NCBI GenBank assembly: GCA_043750125.1 | Contig: JAYVCD010000282.1 | Location: 1-18,206, forward strand | Origin: Archangiaceae bacterium | GTDB taxonomy: Bacteria; Myxococcota; Myxococcia; Myxococcales; Myxococcaceae | DNA length: 18,206 bases | Direction of reading: 5' to 3' | Shown here: positions 7,230 to 16,204 of the stretch, piece after piece | Numbering within the stretch: the first letter of the stretch is position 1 | Layout of the letters: every line of letters starts with the position of its first letter | The notes under the pieces: generated by a model | What the model was told of the DNA's origin: nothing | The model's input: the letters and a program-made list of their open reading frames with translations, nothing else | Databases searched by the model: none | Made by a program: the position numbers and the translations under genes

Positions 7230-7313
7230 GCTATTCAATTTGAGGTCCGAGGGCGGCTACATTTGCCTCATGCCCTGCCGGACAAACCCACCCCCTGGGT
7301 CGAAGGGAAACGG

Positions 7314-8048
7314 TTGACCCAACGTTTGGCGTGGGAACGGTGCGCGGGCCCGATGCGCATGGCGCGTGAAGAGGTTCATGTCTGGCGCATCGAGCTCGAC
7401 CGATCACCGGACGAGGTCGCCGCATTGAAGCAGTCGCTCAACGCCGCCGAGGTCGACCGGGCCCACCGCTTTCATTTCGAGAAAGATCGCAGTGACTTCC
7501 TGGTGGCCCGAGGCTCGCTGCGGGCGGTGTTGGCGCGCTACCTCGACCAGGCTGCGAAGACTTTGGAATTCAAATACGGAGCGCAAGGCAAGCCGCACCT
7601 CGAGCGCGAGGGCTTCTCGTTCAACCTGTCCCACTCTGGGCGCCTGGCGCTGATCGCAGTTTCCGGAGGGGACGCGGTGGGCGTGGACCTGGAATTCATC
7701 AAAGAGCAAACCAGCGGGCTGGACGTGGCCCGACATTTCTTCTCACCCGACGAGCGCCAGGTGTTGATGTCCCGCCCGCCCGCCGAGCAACAGCAGCTCT
7801 TCTTCACCTGCTGGACGCGCAAAGAGTCGTTCATCAAAGCCGCGGGAGGAGGCCTGAGCATGCCGCTGGCCCAATTCGACGTGCTCTGGCCCGGGCTGCA
7901 GGGGTGTGGATTGCGCCAGCGCGGAACCCCGGTCCCCGGAAACTGGTCGATCAACGACCTTCATCTTCCCGATCAGGGTTATGCGGCGGCACTGACGGTC
8001 GACCTTTGCTCTCCGGTGATCCGTTGTTGGAATTGGAACGAGCAGTAA
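7314..8048 (+). CDS. 4'-phosphopantetheinyl transferase, Sfp/HetI type
   Basis: EVHVWRI, RAHRFHFEKDR, RGSLRAVLARYL, GKP, FNLSHS, VGVDLE, FFTCWTRKESFIKA. Start set at TTG 7314 (AAGGGA upstream); ATG 7353 or 7359 are alternatives. Confidence 0.92.
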   Translation: MTQRLAWERCAGPMRMAREEVHVWRIELDRSPDEVAALKQSLNAAEVDRAHRFHFEKDRSDFLVARGSLRAVLARYLDQAAKTLEFKYGAQGKPHLEREGFSFNLSHSGRLALIAVSGGDAVGVDLEFIKEQTSGLDVARHFFSPDERQVLMSRPPAEQQQLFFTCWTRKESFIKAAGGGLSMPLAQFDVLWPGLQGCGLRQRGTPVPGNWSINDLHLPDQGYAAALTVDLCSPVIRCWNWNEQ

Positions 8049-9300
8049 TCCACCGCCCACAATCGACGGCGAGACCGAGCACCGCTCCAATGCCTATCGC
8101 CCAGAGGGGCCAGGCGCGAGGGGACCAATCACCCCGGGTATCAAAGACATCAAGCACCTCGTAGGTGAGCGGCGCGGCAAGAGTCCAAACCAACCACACG
8201 GCGGACGGGGCAATCGCAATCGCAGGCACCAGGGGGGTGAGGTACCAGGGAAAGAGAATCGGGCTGGTCAGCAGCGAGGCGCCGAGGACATCGGAAGCGT
8301 GGGCCGACCGCACCAGGCTGAGCCCGACCACCGCGGCCAGGGCGACGAGCAAGGAGAGTGCGACCGCATGCTCGGAACCGACGACCGATTTCAGCACCGA
8401 AAAACCGGGGGAACCAAAGCGCCACCGCAAAAAGAACTCGGCCAGGCTCCCCACCGGCTGCAGACCCATGGCCAGCGCCCCCCCGTAGCCCACCGCCATC
8501 ACTGCGACGGCGGTGCTGATCATCTTCACCGAAAAAATCCGGGTTTCCTTCGCCGCAAGGGGAAGCAGGAGCACGAGGGGTAGAAACTTGATCAACCCTC
8601 CGAGGCCGAGCACGGCTCCGGTCGCAATCGGGCGGCGACGGCCGGCGAACAACAGGCCCGCGACGACTGCGAAGGTCGAGAGCGCATCGAGGTGGGCGCC
8701 GATGCCGCTCTCGAGGACCAGCAGCGGACTGAGCGCCACCAGGGCGAGGTGGCGCGAGGCACAGCGCTCTTCGAGCATGCGGACGGCGAGCCCCAGCGCC
8801 CCGAGCGCAGCGGCGGTCACGACGGCCTTCCACGCCCAGAAAGCCAGCGTGGGCCCGAACGCGGCGCAGGCGGCAAAGAGCGCAATCGCCCCCGGAGGGT
8901 AGAGCGTCACATAGGCGGCGTGCTCAGGCGCAACGGCCCAGGCGGGCTGCAGCGCGGCCGCCAACGCAGAGTCCGCCGCGACGCGATAGGGGTCCAGACC
9001 TGCGAGCGCCACCCGCCCGTCCCACAAGTAGCGACGGACGTCGTGGGTGGTGAAGGCCGGAACGAAGAACAAGAGCGCGCGTGCGGCGAGGCCGGCCCCG
9101 AGGATCCAACGACCCGAATCGTGCGGGGTTCGACTCGAGAGCGCCCAGACCCCGAGCATCAGCGCGGTCAAGGTCAGATGGAGCGCGAGGGTCCCCATTC
9201 CCCGAGAGCCGGCCGGAGCCAGGGCCACCGCATAGGCAAAAGCGGCGACTGCGGGGAAAGCCACACAGAGGGCGCGCAGCCAGGCCCGACTCAACGCCAA
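7951..9300 (-). CDS. Polytopic membrane glycosyltransferase, GT-C fold (GT87/DUF2029-like)
   Basis: HDVRRYLWDGRV..GLDPY, TLYPP, ALSPLLVLE..GAHLD, IKFLP, FPWY, with many hydrophobic segments. Starts 7 nt after the desaturase stop. Confidence 0.75.
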   Translation of the reverse strand: MALSRAWLRALCVAFPAVAAFAYAVALAPAGSRGMGTLALHLTLTALMLGVWALSSRTPHDSGRWILGAGLAARALLFFVPAFTTHDVRRYLWDGRVALAGLDPYRVAADSALAAALQPAWAVAPEHAAYVTLYPPGAIALFAACAAFGPTLAFWAWKAVVTAAALGALGLAVRMLEERCASRHLALVALSPLLVLESGIGAHLDALSTFAVVAGLLFAGRRRPIATGAVLGLGGLIKFLPLVLLLPLAAKETRIFSVKMISTAVAVMAVGYGGALAMGLQPVGSLAEFFLRWRFGSPGFSVLKSVVGSEHAVALSLLVALAAVVGLSLVRSAHASDVLGASLLTSPILFPWYLTPLVPAIAIAPSAVWLVWTLAAPLTYEVLDVFDTRGDWSPRAWPLWAIGIGAVLGLAVDCGRWITARSNSNNGSPESKGRPSVPPHNPDREDEGR

Positions 9301-9307
9301 TGGTCGC

Positions 9308-10138
9308 TCAAGGACCCCGCCGGCGCAGCGCTGTCAGCGGCCAGAAGAAACGCCCGGCGAGGCTCTTGGGAAACGATTCCAGCCCTTCGAAGCCCAGTCG
9401 CTCGGGCTGCCCCTCGGGCATCTCGGCGGTGCCGAAGAGCCAGTCCCAGAGGCTGAAGACCACTCCGAAGTTCCGCCCCGACTGGCCCCGAACGAGCCGG
9501 TCATGATGCCAGACGTGCATCTTGGGAGAATTGAAGACGTAGCGCAGCGGCCCCCAGGAAATCGGGAGGTTCGAGTGGTTGAGGTGGCCAATCAAAGTCG
9601 AGAAGACGGCGACGGCCATCCAGACCCGACCGTCGATGACTCCCAGGGCGGCGATGGGGAGCGAGGTGACAAACCAGTACACCGTCACCTCGCCCCAGTG
9701 GAAACGGAAATTTCCGATGAAGTCGAGCTGCTCGATGCTGTGGTGGACCTTGTGGAACTGCCAGAGGACGGGCACCCGGTGGAGCAGGTTGTGGGTGCAC
9801 CAGTCGAGAAAGTCTTTCGCCACCAGCAGCAGCCCAAACTGGAGGACGAGGGGAAGGCCGCGGATCAACGCCGCCGCGTCGGCCGCGCCCTTGATGTTCG
9901 CGTACACCGGCACCCGGTAGTGGGACGCGAGCCAGCTCGAGGCCAGCCAGGTGAGGATCCCGAGGACATGGCCATGAAAGAGCAGCCAGAACACGTCTTG
10001 CGCGAAGCCCGGCCGCAGCGCGCGTTGGTCGGGGCGCCAGGGGAACAGTCGTTCTGCGACGAAGCACAGCGCTGAGAGCAGGAGCAACCAGAAGGCGTAA
10101 TCGCCCAGGTGGATGCTGAAGAGGCTGAGGATCTGCAT
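9308..10138 (-). CDS. Sterol desaturase / fatty acid hydroxylase family di-iron membrane enzyme
   Basis: His boxes HNLLH, HKVHH, HLNHSN and HVWHH, plus ERLFPWR, FRFHWGE and NFGVVFSLWDWLFGT. Start is ATG 10138 or GTG 10168. Confidence 0.92.
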   Translation of the reverse strand: MQILSLFSIHLGDYAFWLLLLSALCFVAERLFPWRPDQRALRPGFAQDVFWLLFHGHVLGILTWLASSWLASHYRVPVYANIKGAADAAALIRGLPLVLQFGLLLVAKDFLDWCTHNLLHRVPVLWQFHKVHHSIEQLDFIGNFRFHWGEVTVYWFVTSLPIAALGVIDGRVWMAVAVFSTLIGHLNHSNLPISWGPLRYVFNSPKMHVWHHDRLVRGQSGRNFGVVFSLWDWLFGTAEMPEGQPERLGFEGLESFPKSLAGRFFWPLTALRRRGP

Positions 10139-10212
10139 GGACCGCAGACTAAACCACAGCGACACCACCGGCAGAGCGGTGACGCGCGCGCTCGGGGTCC
10201 GGCAGCGTTTCG

Positions 10213-10241
10213 TTGACGTCCCAGCGAGCGCCTCCTACGGT
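10213..10241 (+). promoter_or_regulatory. Putative sigma70-type promoter for the hybrid kinase gene
   Basis: TTGACG (10213-10218), 17-bp spacer, TACGGT (10236-10241); GAGG at 10265-10268 precedes GTG 10277. Confidence 0.55.
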
Positions 10242-10276
10242 TCGAGCCTCGTCGTTCTGCTCACGAGGCTCCCCGC

Positions 10277-13200
10277 GTGCGATCGTTGCGTTCGAAGCTG
10301 GTGCTGTACATCTCTGTGCTGATTGCAGGTCTGATTGGCGCGACGGGGGTGATTGAAGTTCGCAAGCGCTCGGCCGAACTCAACCAGGAACTGATCGAGA
10401 CCTCGGAAAACTTTTCGGCCATTTCCGCGCCGAGCGTGCTCGAGCGGACCCGGTCTCTGTACTACCAACCAGCGCGCTTCCCCGAGCTCGAAGCGGCGGT
10501 GCGGCAGGTGATGGTGCGCAACCGCGCGCTCACCCGGGTTCAAGTGGTCGACACGCTGTTCGGGATCGTACTGTTCGACAGCATCGAATTCGAAGAGGGC
10601 TATTACGGCTTCAAGCGCACTGCCCGGGTCTTCGATGCGCAGCAGTTGCTGTCCGGAATCGAGCTGAACCAGCTGGTGCGCGATCAGAAGGACAAATCGA
10701 TTCGGGTGGTGGTGCCGTTGTTCGCCGGAAAAGAAATCGCTGACCCGCGCGACGTGAACCGGGCGGTGGTCTTCGACTTCTCGACTGCAGGGGTCGAGAA
10801 GGCCCTGGCCGAGATGCGGTTGCGGTACGCGCTTCAGGCGCTGTTGTTTCTGCTGATCGGCATTGCCCTGGCCGCGGTGCAGAGCCAGGCGATCACCCGA
10901 CCGGTGCGCGAGCTGACCAAGGGCGCGAACAAACTGGCGCGCGGAGACCTGGACCACCGGGTGAAGGTGCGATCGAAGGACGAGCTCGGAGCGTTGGGCC
11001 GCACCTTCAACGAGATGGCCGGATCACTGCAGCAAGGCCGCATCGACCTCGTCACGGCGATGGAGCAGCTCGAGCTGCAGAACGTCGATCTCAAAGAGAT
11101 GGACAAGCTGAAGGACCAGTTCCTCGCCAACACCTCGCACGAGCTGCGAACGCCGATCAACGGAATCCTGGGGCTGGTCAGCGCGGTGCTCGATGGCGCC
11201 GACGGCCCGCTCAACCCCAAACAAGCCAACCATTTGCGAATGGTCAAAGAGAGCGGCGATCGCCTCAAGAACCTGATCACAAACATTCTCGATTTTTCGA
11301 AGCTCAAGGCCGGTCGCGAACGGTTCGAGATTGCGGCGTTCCGCTTGTCCGACCTGGCCGTTCACGTCGCGGCGCTGGGGGAAGGGCTGTTGCAGGGAAA
11401 GATGGTGACGATCGCCGTCGAGCTTCCCGATTCTCTTCCTCCGGTGTTTGGAGACCATGAACGGGTGCTGCAGGTCTTGACCAACCTCGTCGGCAACGCG
11501 GCGAAGTTCACCGAGAAGGGTCACATTCGGGTCTACACCAAGCCTCGGGACGGCGAGCTGATGATCGCGGTCGAGGACACCGGGCCGGGCATTCCGCCTG
11601 AAGCGCGCGAGTACCTGTTTCAGGAATTCCGTCAGGTCGACGGAACGGCCGCCCGCCAGTTCGAAGGGACAGGCCTGGGCCTTGCGATTTCGAAACAGCT
11701 GGTGACGGCGATGAATGGCCGCATCGACTTCAAGAGCGAAGTGGGCCGCGGGACCACGTTCTTCTTTACCCTCCCCACCCGGCCGGGCGCAGCCACGGTT
11801 GCGATTCCGGCAGAGGTGGCTTCGAAGGCGGGCGCCAGGGTCGCTCCGGCGGCGTTGTTCCCCACCGGGCTGGTCGGTGGCCCGGGCCGAGCCCCCCGCA
11901 CCGAAGCCAATGCGTTGCGCGGAAACGGCGAGACGATCATGGTGATCGACGACCAGCCGGCCAACGTCGAAGCGCTTCGCCTGATGCTGATCGACGCGGG
12001 CTACCGGGTGTTGGTCTGCCTCGAGCCGCGGCAGTGCATCGAGATGCTGAAGCAGACCAAGGTGCAGCTGGTGCTCAGCGATGTGCGGATGCCGGGAATG
12101 ACCGGGCTCGAGCTGTGCCGGCAGGCCCGCGCCACTCCTGAGCTGCACAAGATTCCCATCTTCCTCGTGACGGCACAGGCCTCGACCGCCGATGACCTCC
12201 ACGCAGCCACCGAGGCCGGGGCAGACGCCTACGTTCTGAAGCCGTATGAGCCCGAAGACCTGCTCGAGCGCATTCACGATGTGCTCAAGCCCAAGCCGCA
12301 GACCCCGCGCGGAATGGGCCAGCGAATCCTGGTGGTCGACGATCGTGCGGTCGCTGCCGAAGGGCTCGCGGCGCATCTGCAGGCCTACGGCTATGAGGCG
12401 GTGACGACCACCGACCCGGCGAAGGTGATTGAAGTCTGCGCTCTGGAAAAGCCGGCGTTGGCGGTGATCGACGTGCGGCTCGGAACGGTCACCGGGTACG
12501 AAGTCACGCGGCAGCTGCGCGCGGACGCCCGCTTTTCCCGGCTGCCGATCATTCTGGCTTCGGGCCTGGCCTCGCCTACCGATCGGATGAGGGCGCGCGA
12601 AGTGGGGGCCCAGGAATTCATCGCCAAGCCGTTCGCGATTGACGACTTCATGAATCGAATCGCCTTTCACCTCAAGCAGGCGAGCGCCGAGCAGTCTCAG
12701 ACCGGCCGCGGCGAGAAGGTGCTGGTGGTGGACGACGTGCCGGTCAATGTCGAGGCGCTGGCGGTGCAGCTCGAGCACCGGGGCTACGTGGCCCTGCGTG
12801 CGCTGTCAGGCAAAGAGGCGCTCAAGCTCGCCAAGCAACACAAGCCGCAGGTGGTGATCAGTGACGTGATGATGCCGGGAATGACCGGGTACGATCTGTG
12901 TCGCGAGATCCAGGCCGATGCCGAGCTCGGCAACCCTCCGGTCATTCTGCTCACCGCGAAGAGCGGCACGCTGCAGGACAAGCTGCAGGGCTTCGACGCC
13001 GGGGCGATCGACTACGTCATCAAGCCCTTCGAGACTGAAGAGCTGCTGGCGCGGCTGGGACGCTTGCTGCACCGGGCGCCTGCTTCGGCGGTCAGCAGCT
13101 CGCAGACCGGAATCACCCGACTGGTCCAGCCGGTCGCCGACGTGGCCTCTGCGTCGATTGGCGCGGACATTCGCGGCTCGGGAGAGCTGGTGATGTGCGT

Positions 13201-14422
13201 GGACGACAACCCGATCAACCTCGAGGTCTTGAAGACCCACCTCGAAGCGGTCAGTTACCGCACGCTGATGGCCAAAGACGGCCTCGACGCGCTGGAAAAA
13301 CTCGAGAATCAACCGGTCGAGCTGATCTTGCTCGACGCGATGATGCCGCGAATGACCGGCTACCAGTTCCTCGAGCGGCTGCGAAAGGAACCGAAGTGGA
13401 AGGACATTCCGGTGGTGATGCTCTCGGCCAAGGACCGCAGCGAAGACAGCCTGATGGGGTTCAAGTTGGGCGTGGTGGACTACGTCACCAAGCCCTTCAA
13501 CCCGCTGCTGCTCGCCGCCAAGGTGGGAGCGATCATTTCCCTTCGCCGGGCCCAGTCGGCGTTGGGAGCGATCAGCTCGGAGCTGAATGTCGCGCGGTTG
13601 GTGCAGCAGGCCTCGTTCCCCGAAGGAGTGCTGGACCTCGCCGGGTACGGATTGCGGGGAATGATTCAGTGCGCCGATTCGAGCGGGGGTGACTGGTACG
13701 GGTACTTCACCAGCCCGAACAAAGATCGCCTGACGGTGATCGCCGGCGACGTGACCGGACACGGGATCTCGGCCGCGCTGGTGGCCCTGGCGGTGAACAG
13801 CATCAAGACCACGGTCGAGTTGATCGAAGGAATGCTCGACACCTCACAGCAGGGTCCGAACGTGCTCAGGGCGTTGGAAGGCAAGGTGCCTCCCCACATT
13901 CTGGCGGGGTTCACCCGGCTGTTCGCCACTCCGCATTCCCCTGCTGCGTTGGCGGGGTTGATCAACGAGGTCTTCTGCCAGTCGAAGTCTTTCCTCCAGA
14001 TGTCGGCGAGTGTGGTCAGCCTTCATCTGCCGACGGGCGAGCTGCGCTACACCCTGGCGGGCGCGCCCAAGCCGCTGCTGCTGAAGAAGGTGGGCGACAC
14101 CCAGGCATTCCAGGTCAACACCCTCGCCTCCCCCGCGGCTCGGTTGCTCGGGCAAGATCGACAGGCGAAGTACAACGACCACTCGATCATTCTCGGCTCG
14201 GGCGAGGCGGTCGTTCTGTATTCCGATGGAGTGACCGAAGCGGAGTCCCCCAACTCCAAGCCGTTCGGGACCCAGCGGCTGGCCGCCTCGCTGACCAAAG
14301 CGGCGATGGGCAAGCCAGACCCGGCCCGCCTGCGCGACGGAATCGTCTCGGACCTGTTCCATTACACCGAGGACGCGGCGCTGAAGGACGACGTAACGGT
14401 GGTGGTGCTGCAGCGACAGTAG
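10277..14422 (+). CDS. Membrane hybrid sensor histidine kinase with HAMP, HisKA, HATPase, four receiver domains and a C-terminal SpoIIE/RsbU-type PP2C phosphatase
   Basis: Two TM segments flank an extracytoplasmic region. HAMP: ITRPVREL..DELGALGRTFNEM. H box FLANTSHELRTP, N box NLVGNAAKFT, DTGPGI, GTGLGL. Four REC domains each show DD..D..T/S..KP. PP2C motifs: ARLVQ, GGDWY, GDVTGHG, YSDGVTEA, DDVTVV. Confidence 0.93.
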   Translation: MRSLRSKLVLYISVLIAGLIGATGVIEVRKRSAELNQELIETSENFSAISAPSVLERTRSLYYQPARFPELEAAVRQVMVRNRALTRVQVVDTLFGIVLFDSIEFEEGYYGFKRTARVFDAQQLLSGIELNQLVRDQKDKSIRVVVPLFAGKEIADPRDVNRAVVFDFSTAGVEKALAEMRLRYALQALLFLLIGIALAAVQSQAITRPVRELTKGANKLARGDLDHRVKVRSKDELGALGRTFNEMAGSLQQGRIDLVTAMEQLELQNVDLKEMDKLKDQFLANTSHELRTPINGILGLVSAVLDGADGPLNPKQANHLRMVKESGDRLKNLITNILDFSKLKAGRERFEIAAFRLSDLAVHVAALGEGLLQGKMVTIAVELPDSLPPVFGDHERVLQVLTNLVGNAAKFTEKGHIRVYTKPRDGELMIAVEDTGPGIPPEAREYLFQEFRQVDGTAARQFEGTGLGLAISKQLVTAMNGRIDFKSEVGRGTTFFFTLPTRPGAATVAIPAEVASKAGARVAPAALFPTGLVGGPGRAPRTEANALRGNGETIMVIDDQPANVEALRLMLIDAGYRVLVCLEPRQCIEMLKQTKVQLVLSDVRMPGMTGLELCRQARATPELHKIPIFLVTAQASTADDLHAATEAGADAYVLKPYEPEDLLERIHDVLKPKPQTPRGMGQRILVVDDRAVAAEGLAAHLQAYGYEAVTTTDPAKVIEVCALEKPALAVIDVRLGTVTGYEVTRQLRADARFSRLPIILASGLASPTDRMRAREVGAQEFIAKPFAIDDFMNRIAFHLKQASAEQSQTGRGEKVLVVDDVPVNVEALAVQLEHRGYVALRALSGKEALKLAKQHKPQVVISDVMMPGMTGYDLCREIQADAELGNPPVILLTAKSGTLQDKLQGFDAGAIDYVIKPFETEELLARLGRLLHRAPASAVSSSQTGITRLVQPVADVASASIGADIRGSGELVMCVDDNPINLEVLKTHLEAVSYRTLMAKDGLDALEKLENQPVELILLDAMMPRMTGYQFLERLRKEPKWKDIPVVMLSAKDRSEDSLMGFKLGVVDYVTKPFNPLLLAAKVGAIISLRRAQSALGAISSELNVARLVQQASFPEGVLDLAGYGLRGMIQCADSSGGDWYGYFTSPNKDRLTVIAGDVTGHGISAALVALAVNSIKTTVELIEGMLDTSQQGPNVLRALEGKVPPHILAGFTRLFATPHSPAALAGLINEVFCQSKSFLQMSASVVSLHLPTGELRYTLAGAPKPLLLKKVGDTQAFQVNTLASPAARLLGQDRQAKYNDHSIILGSGEAVVLYSDGVTEAESPNSKPFGTQRLAASLTKAAMGKPDPARLRDGIVSDLFHYTEDAALKDDVTVVVLQRQ

Positions 14423-14454
14423 AAAGGCCTCTCGTTCGGGGTTAGGAGACGGGG

Positions 14455-14958
14455 ATGCCCAACCCCATTGCCACATTCGAGACGACGCTTGGCACGTTCA
14501 CGGCCGAGATTTTCGTCGACCAGATGCCGCTGACTTCAGAGAACTTTCTGAAGCTGGCCCGAAGCGGCTTCTACGATGGCCTCCATTTTCACCGGGTGAT
14601 CAAGAACTTCATGTTGCAGTTCGGTTGCCCGTTTTCAAAAGACCCAAAGAGCTCGAAGGCTGGAACCGGCGGCCCGCCCTGGGGCGACATCAAGGACGAG
14701 TTCACGGTGAAGCTATCGAACGAGCCGCTGACGCTGTCGATGGCCAACACCGGCTCGCCCAACTCGGGCGGCAGTCAGTTCTTCATCAATACGGTACGCA
14801 ACGACTTTCTCGATTGGTTCAGCCCAGGCGACTCGCGCCACCCGGTGTTCGGAAAGATCGTCTCGGGCGCCGACGTGGTGAAGAAAATCGAGACCACGCC
14901 TGCCGATGCCAACGACGCGCCGCGGACGCCGGTGAAAATGATCAAGGTCGTGGTCTGA
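14455..14958 (+). CDS. Cyclophilin-type peptidyl-prolyl cis-trans isomerase
   Basis: [52 protein letters not shown] upstream. Confidence 0.96.
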   Translation: MPNPIATFETTLGTFTAEIFVDQMPLTSENFLKLARSGFYDGLHFHRVIKNFMLQFGCPFSKDPKSSKAGTGGPPWGDIKDEFTVKLSNEPLTLSMANTGSPNSGGSQFFINTVRNDFLDWFSPGDSRHPVFGKIVSGADVVKKIETTPADANDAPRTPVKMIKVVV

Positions 14959-14967
14959 GGCTGTTTC

Positions 14968-16200
14968 TCACTCGTGCCGAAGCGCTTCGATCGGATCGAG
15001 GCGTGAGCCACGCCACGCCGGGTAGAAGCCGAAGAAGACCCCCACCCCGACCGACGCGAGCACGGCAACGAACATCCCCGTGATGGACAGGGGCATCGGC
15101 CAGCCCAGGCCGCGTTCGAAGGCGGCGGCGCCGATCAGACTGAGGCCGATGCCGAGCACGCCTCCGATCAGACTGAGGACGACGGCTTCGCCGAGGAACT
15201 GAAGCCAGACGGCGGTGGGCGTCGCTCCGACGGCGAGGCGGACCCCGATCTCTCGCGTGCGCTGAGAGACGCTGGCGAGCATCACGTTCATGATTCCAAT
15301 TCCCCCCACCAGCAGAGAGACCGAAGCGATGGTCAGCAACAACCGCGAGAGCGTGTTGCTGGCTTCGACCTGGGCTTTGAGCACTTCATCGGGACGACGA
15401 ATGTTGAAGTCGTCGTCATCTCCGCGAACGATTCGGTGCCGCTCGCGCAGCAGTTTGTTGATCTTGTCGATCGCCGGGTTCACCGCGTCGGCCCGAATTG
15501 CCGAGCACAGAATGTCATCGAGAAACAGAGACGTGCGTCCGCGCAGGCGAACCTGGGCGGTGGTGTAGGGAAGCAAGATCCAGTCGTCTTGATCCCGACC
15601 GTCCGAGCTCTGTCCTTTCGACTCGAGGACCCCAACCACTTCGAAGGGCTGGTTGTTGACGCGGATCAGCTCGCCGATGGGATCTTCGTTGCCGAACAGC
15701 TGCTCGCGCGTGGTGCGGCCGATCAAGATCTTGCTCGCGCGCTGGTCGAGATCTTCGTGGCTGAAGGCCGCGCCGGCGACGACGCCCCAGCGCTTGATCT
15801 CGAGGTATTCGGGAGTCTCGCCGCGGTACCGCGTCGTCCAATTCCTGTTGCCCCGGACCAACTGCACGGTGCCGTCGATTTGGGGCGAGCAGCTCTTGAT
15901 CAGCGGAACCTCGCGGAGGATGGCGTCGGTGTCCTCGAGGGTGAGCGTACCGACGCTGTGACTGCCGGTGCGCACGCCGGCGGAGTTGCGGGAGCCCGCC
16001 TCGATCCACACCAGATTGTCGCCCAGCTTCTGCAGCTCGAGCTGGGCTTTGAGCGAGCCGGCCTGCCCAATCGCTATCACCAACACCACGGCGGCAATTC
16101 CAACCACGATCCCCAAGGTGGTCAGCGCGCTGCGGACGCGATGCCGGGCCAGCGACCGGGCCGGCTCGAAGAAGAAGAGAGTGAGAAAGTTGGTCAGCAC
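14968..16200 (-). CDS. ABC transporter permease, MacB/FtsX family (no fused ATPase)
   Basis: RSALTTLGIVVGIAAVV, a large periplasmic domain, SLLVGGIGIMNVMLASVSQRTREIGVRLAVGA, QFLGEA, GVFFGFYPA..LDPIEALRHE. Confidence 0.95.
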   Translation of the reverse strand: MLTNFLTLFFFEPARSLARHRVRSALTTLGIVVGIAAVVLVIAIGQAGSLKAQLELQKLGDNLVWIEAGSRNSAGVRTGSHSVGTLTLEDTDAILREVPLIKSCSPQIDGTVQLVRGNRNWTTRYRGETPEYLEIKRWGVVAGAAFSHEDLDQRASKILIGRTTREQLFGNEDPIGELIRVNNQPFEVVGVLESKGQSSDGRDQDDWILLPYTTAQVRLRGRTSLFLDDILCSAIRADAVNPAIDKINKLLRERHRIVRGDDDDFNIRRPDEVLKAQVEASNTLSRLLLTIASVSLLVGGIGIMNVMLASVSQRTREIGVRLAVGATPTAVWLQFLGEAVVLSLIGGVLGIGLSLIGAAAFERGLGWPMPLSITGMFVAVLASVGVGVFFGFYPAWRGSRLDPIEALRHE

Positions 16201-16204
16201 GCCG

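Noticed and set aside
7207-7313. Possible molybdenum-cofactor riboswitch upstream of msrP
   Set aside because: Only short hairpins are visible, I cannot match the motif by eye, and the putative promoter leaves too short a leader. An Rfam scan would settle it.
8050-10200. Apparently higher GC segment suggesting horizontal acquisition
   Set aside because: Explainable by Ala/Gly/Leu-rich membrane proteins; not quantified, and no integrase, transposase, tRNA or flanking repeats are present.
11024-13762. 584-aa and 318-aa antisense ORFs
   Set aside because: They mirror the kinase reading frame on the opposite strand and have no independent domain signal.
15131-15178. 15-nt direct repeat CCGATCAGACTGAGG (15131-15145 and 15164-15178)
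   Set aside because: Only two copies, both encoding LSLIG within a transmembrane region; not a CRISPR or mobile-element repeat.
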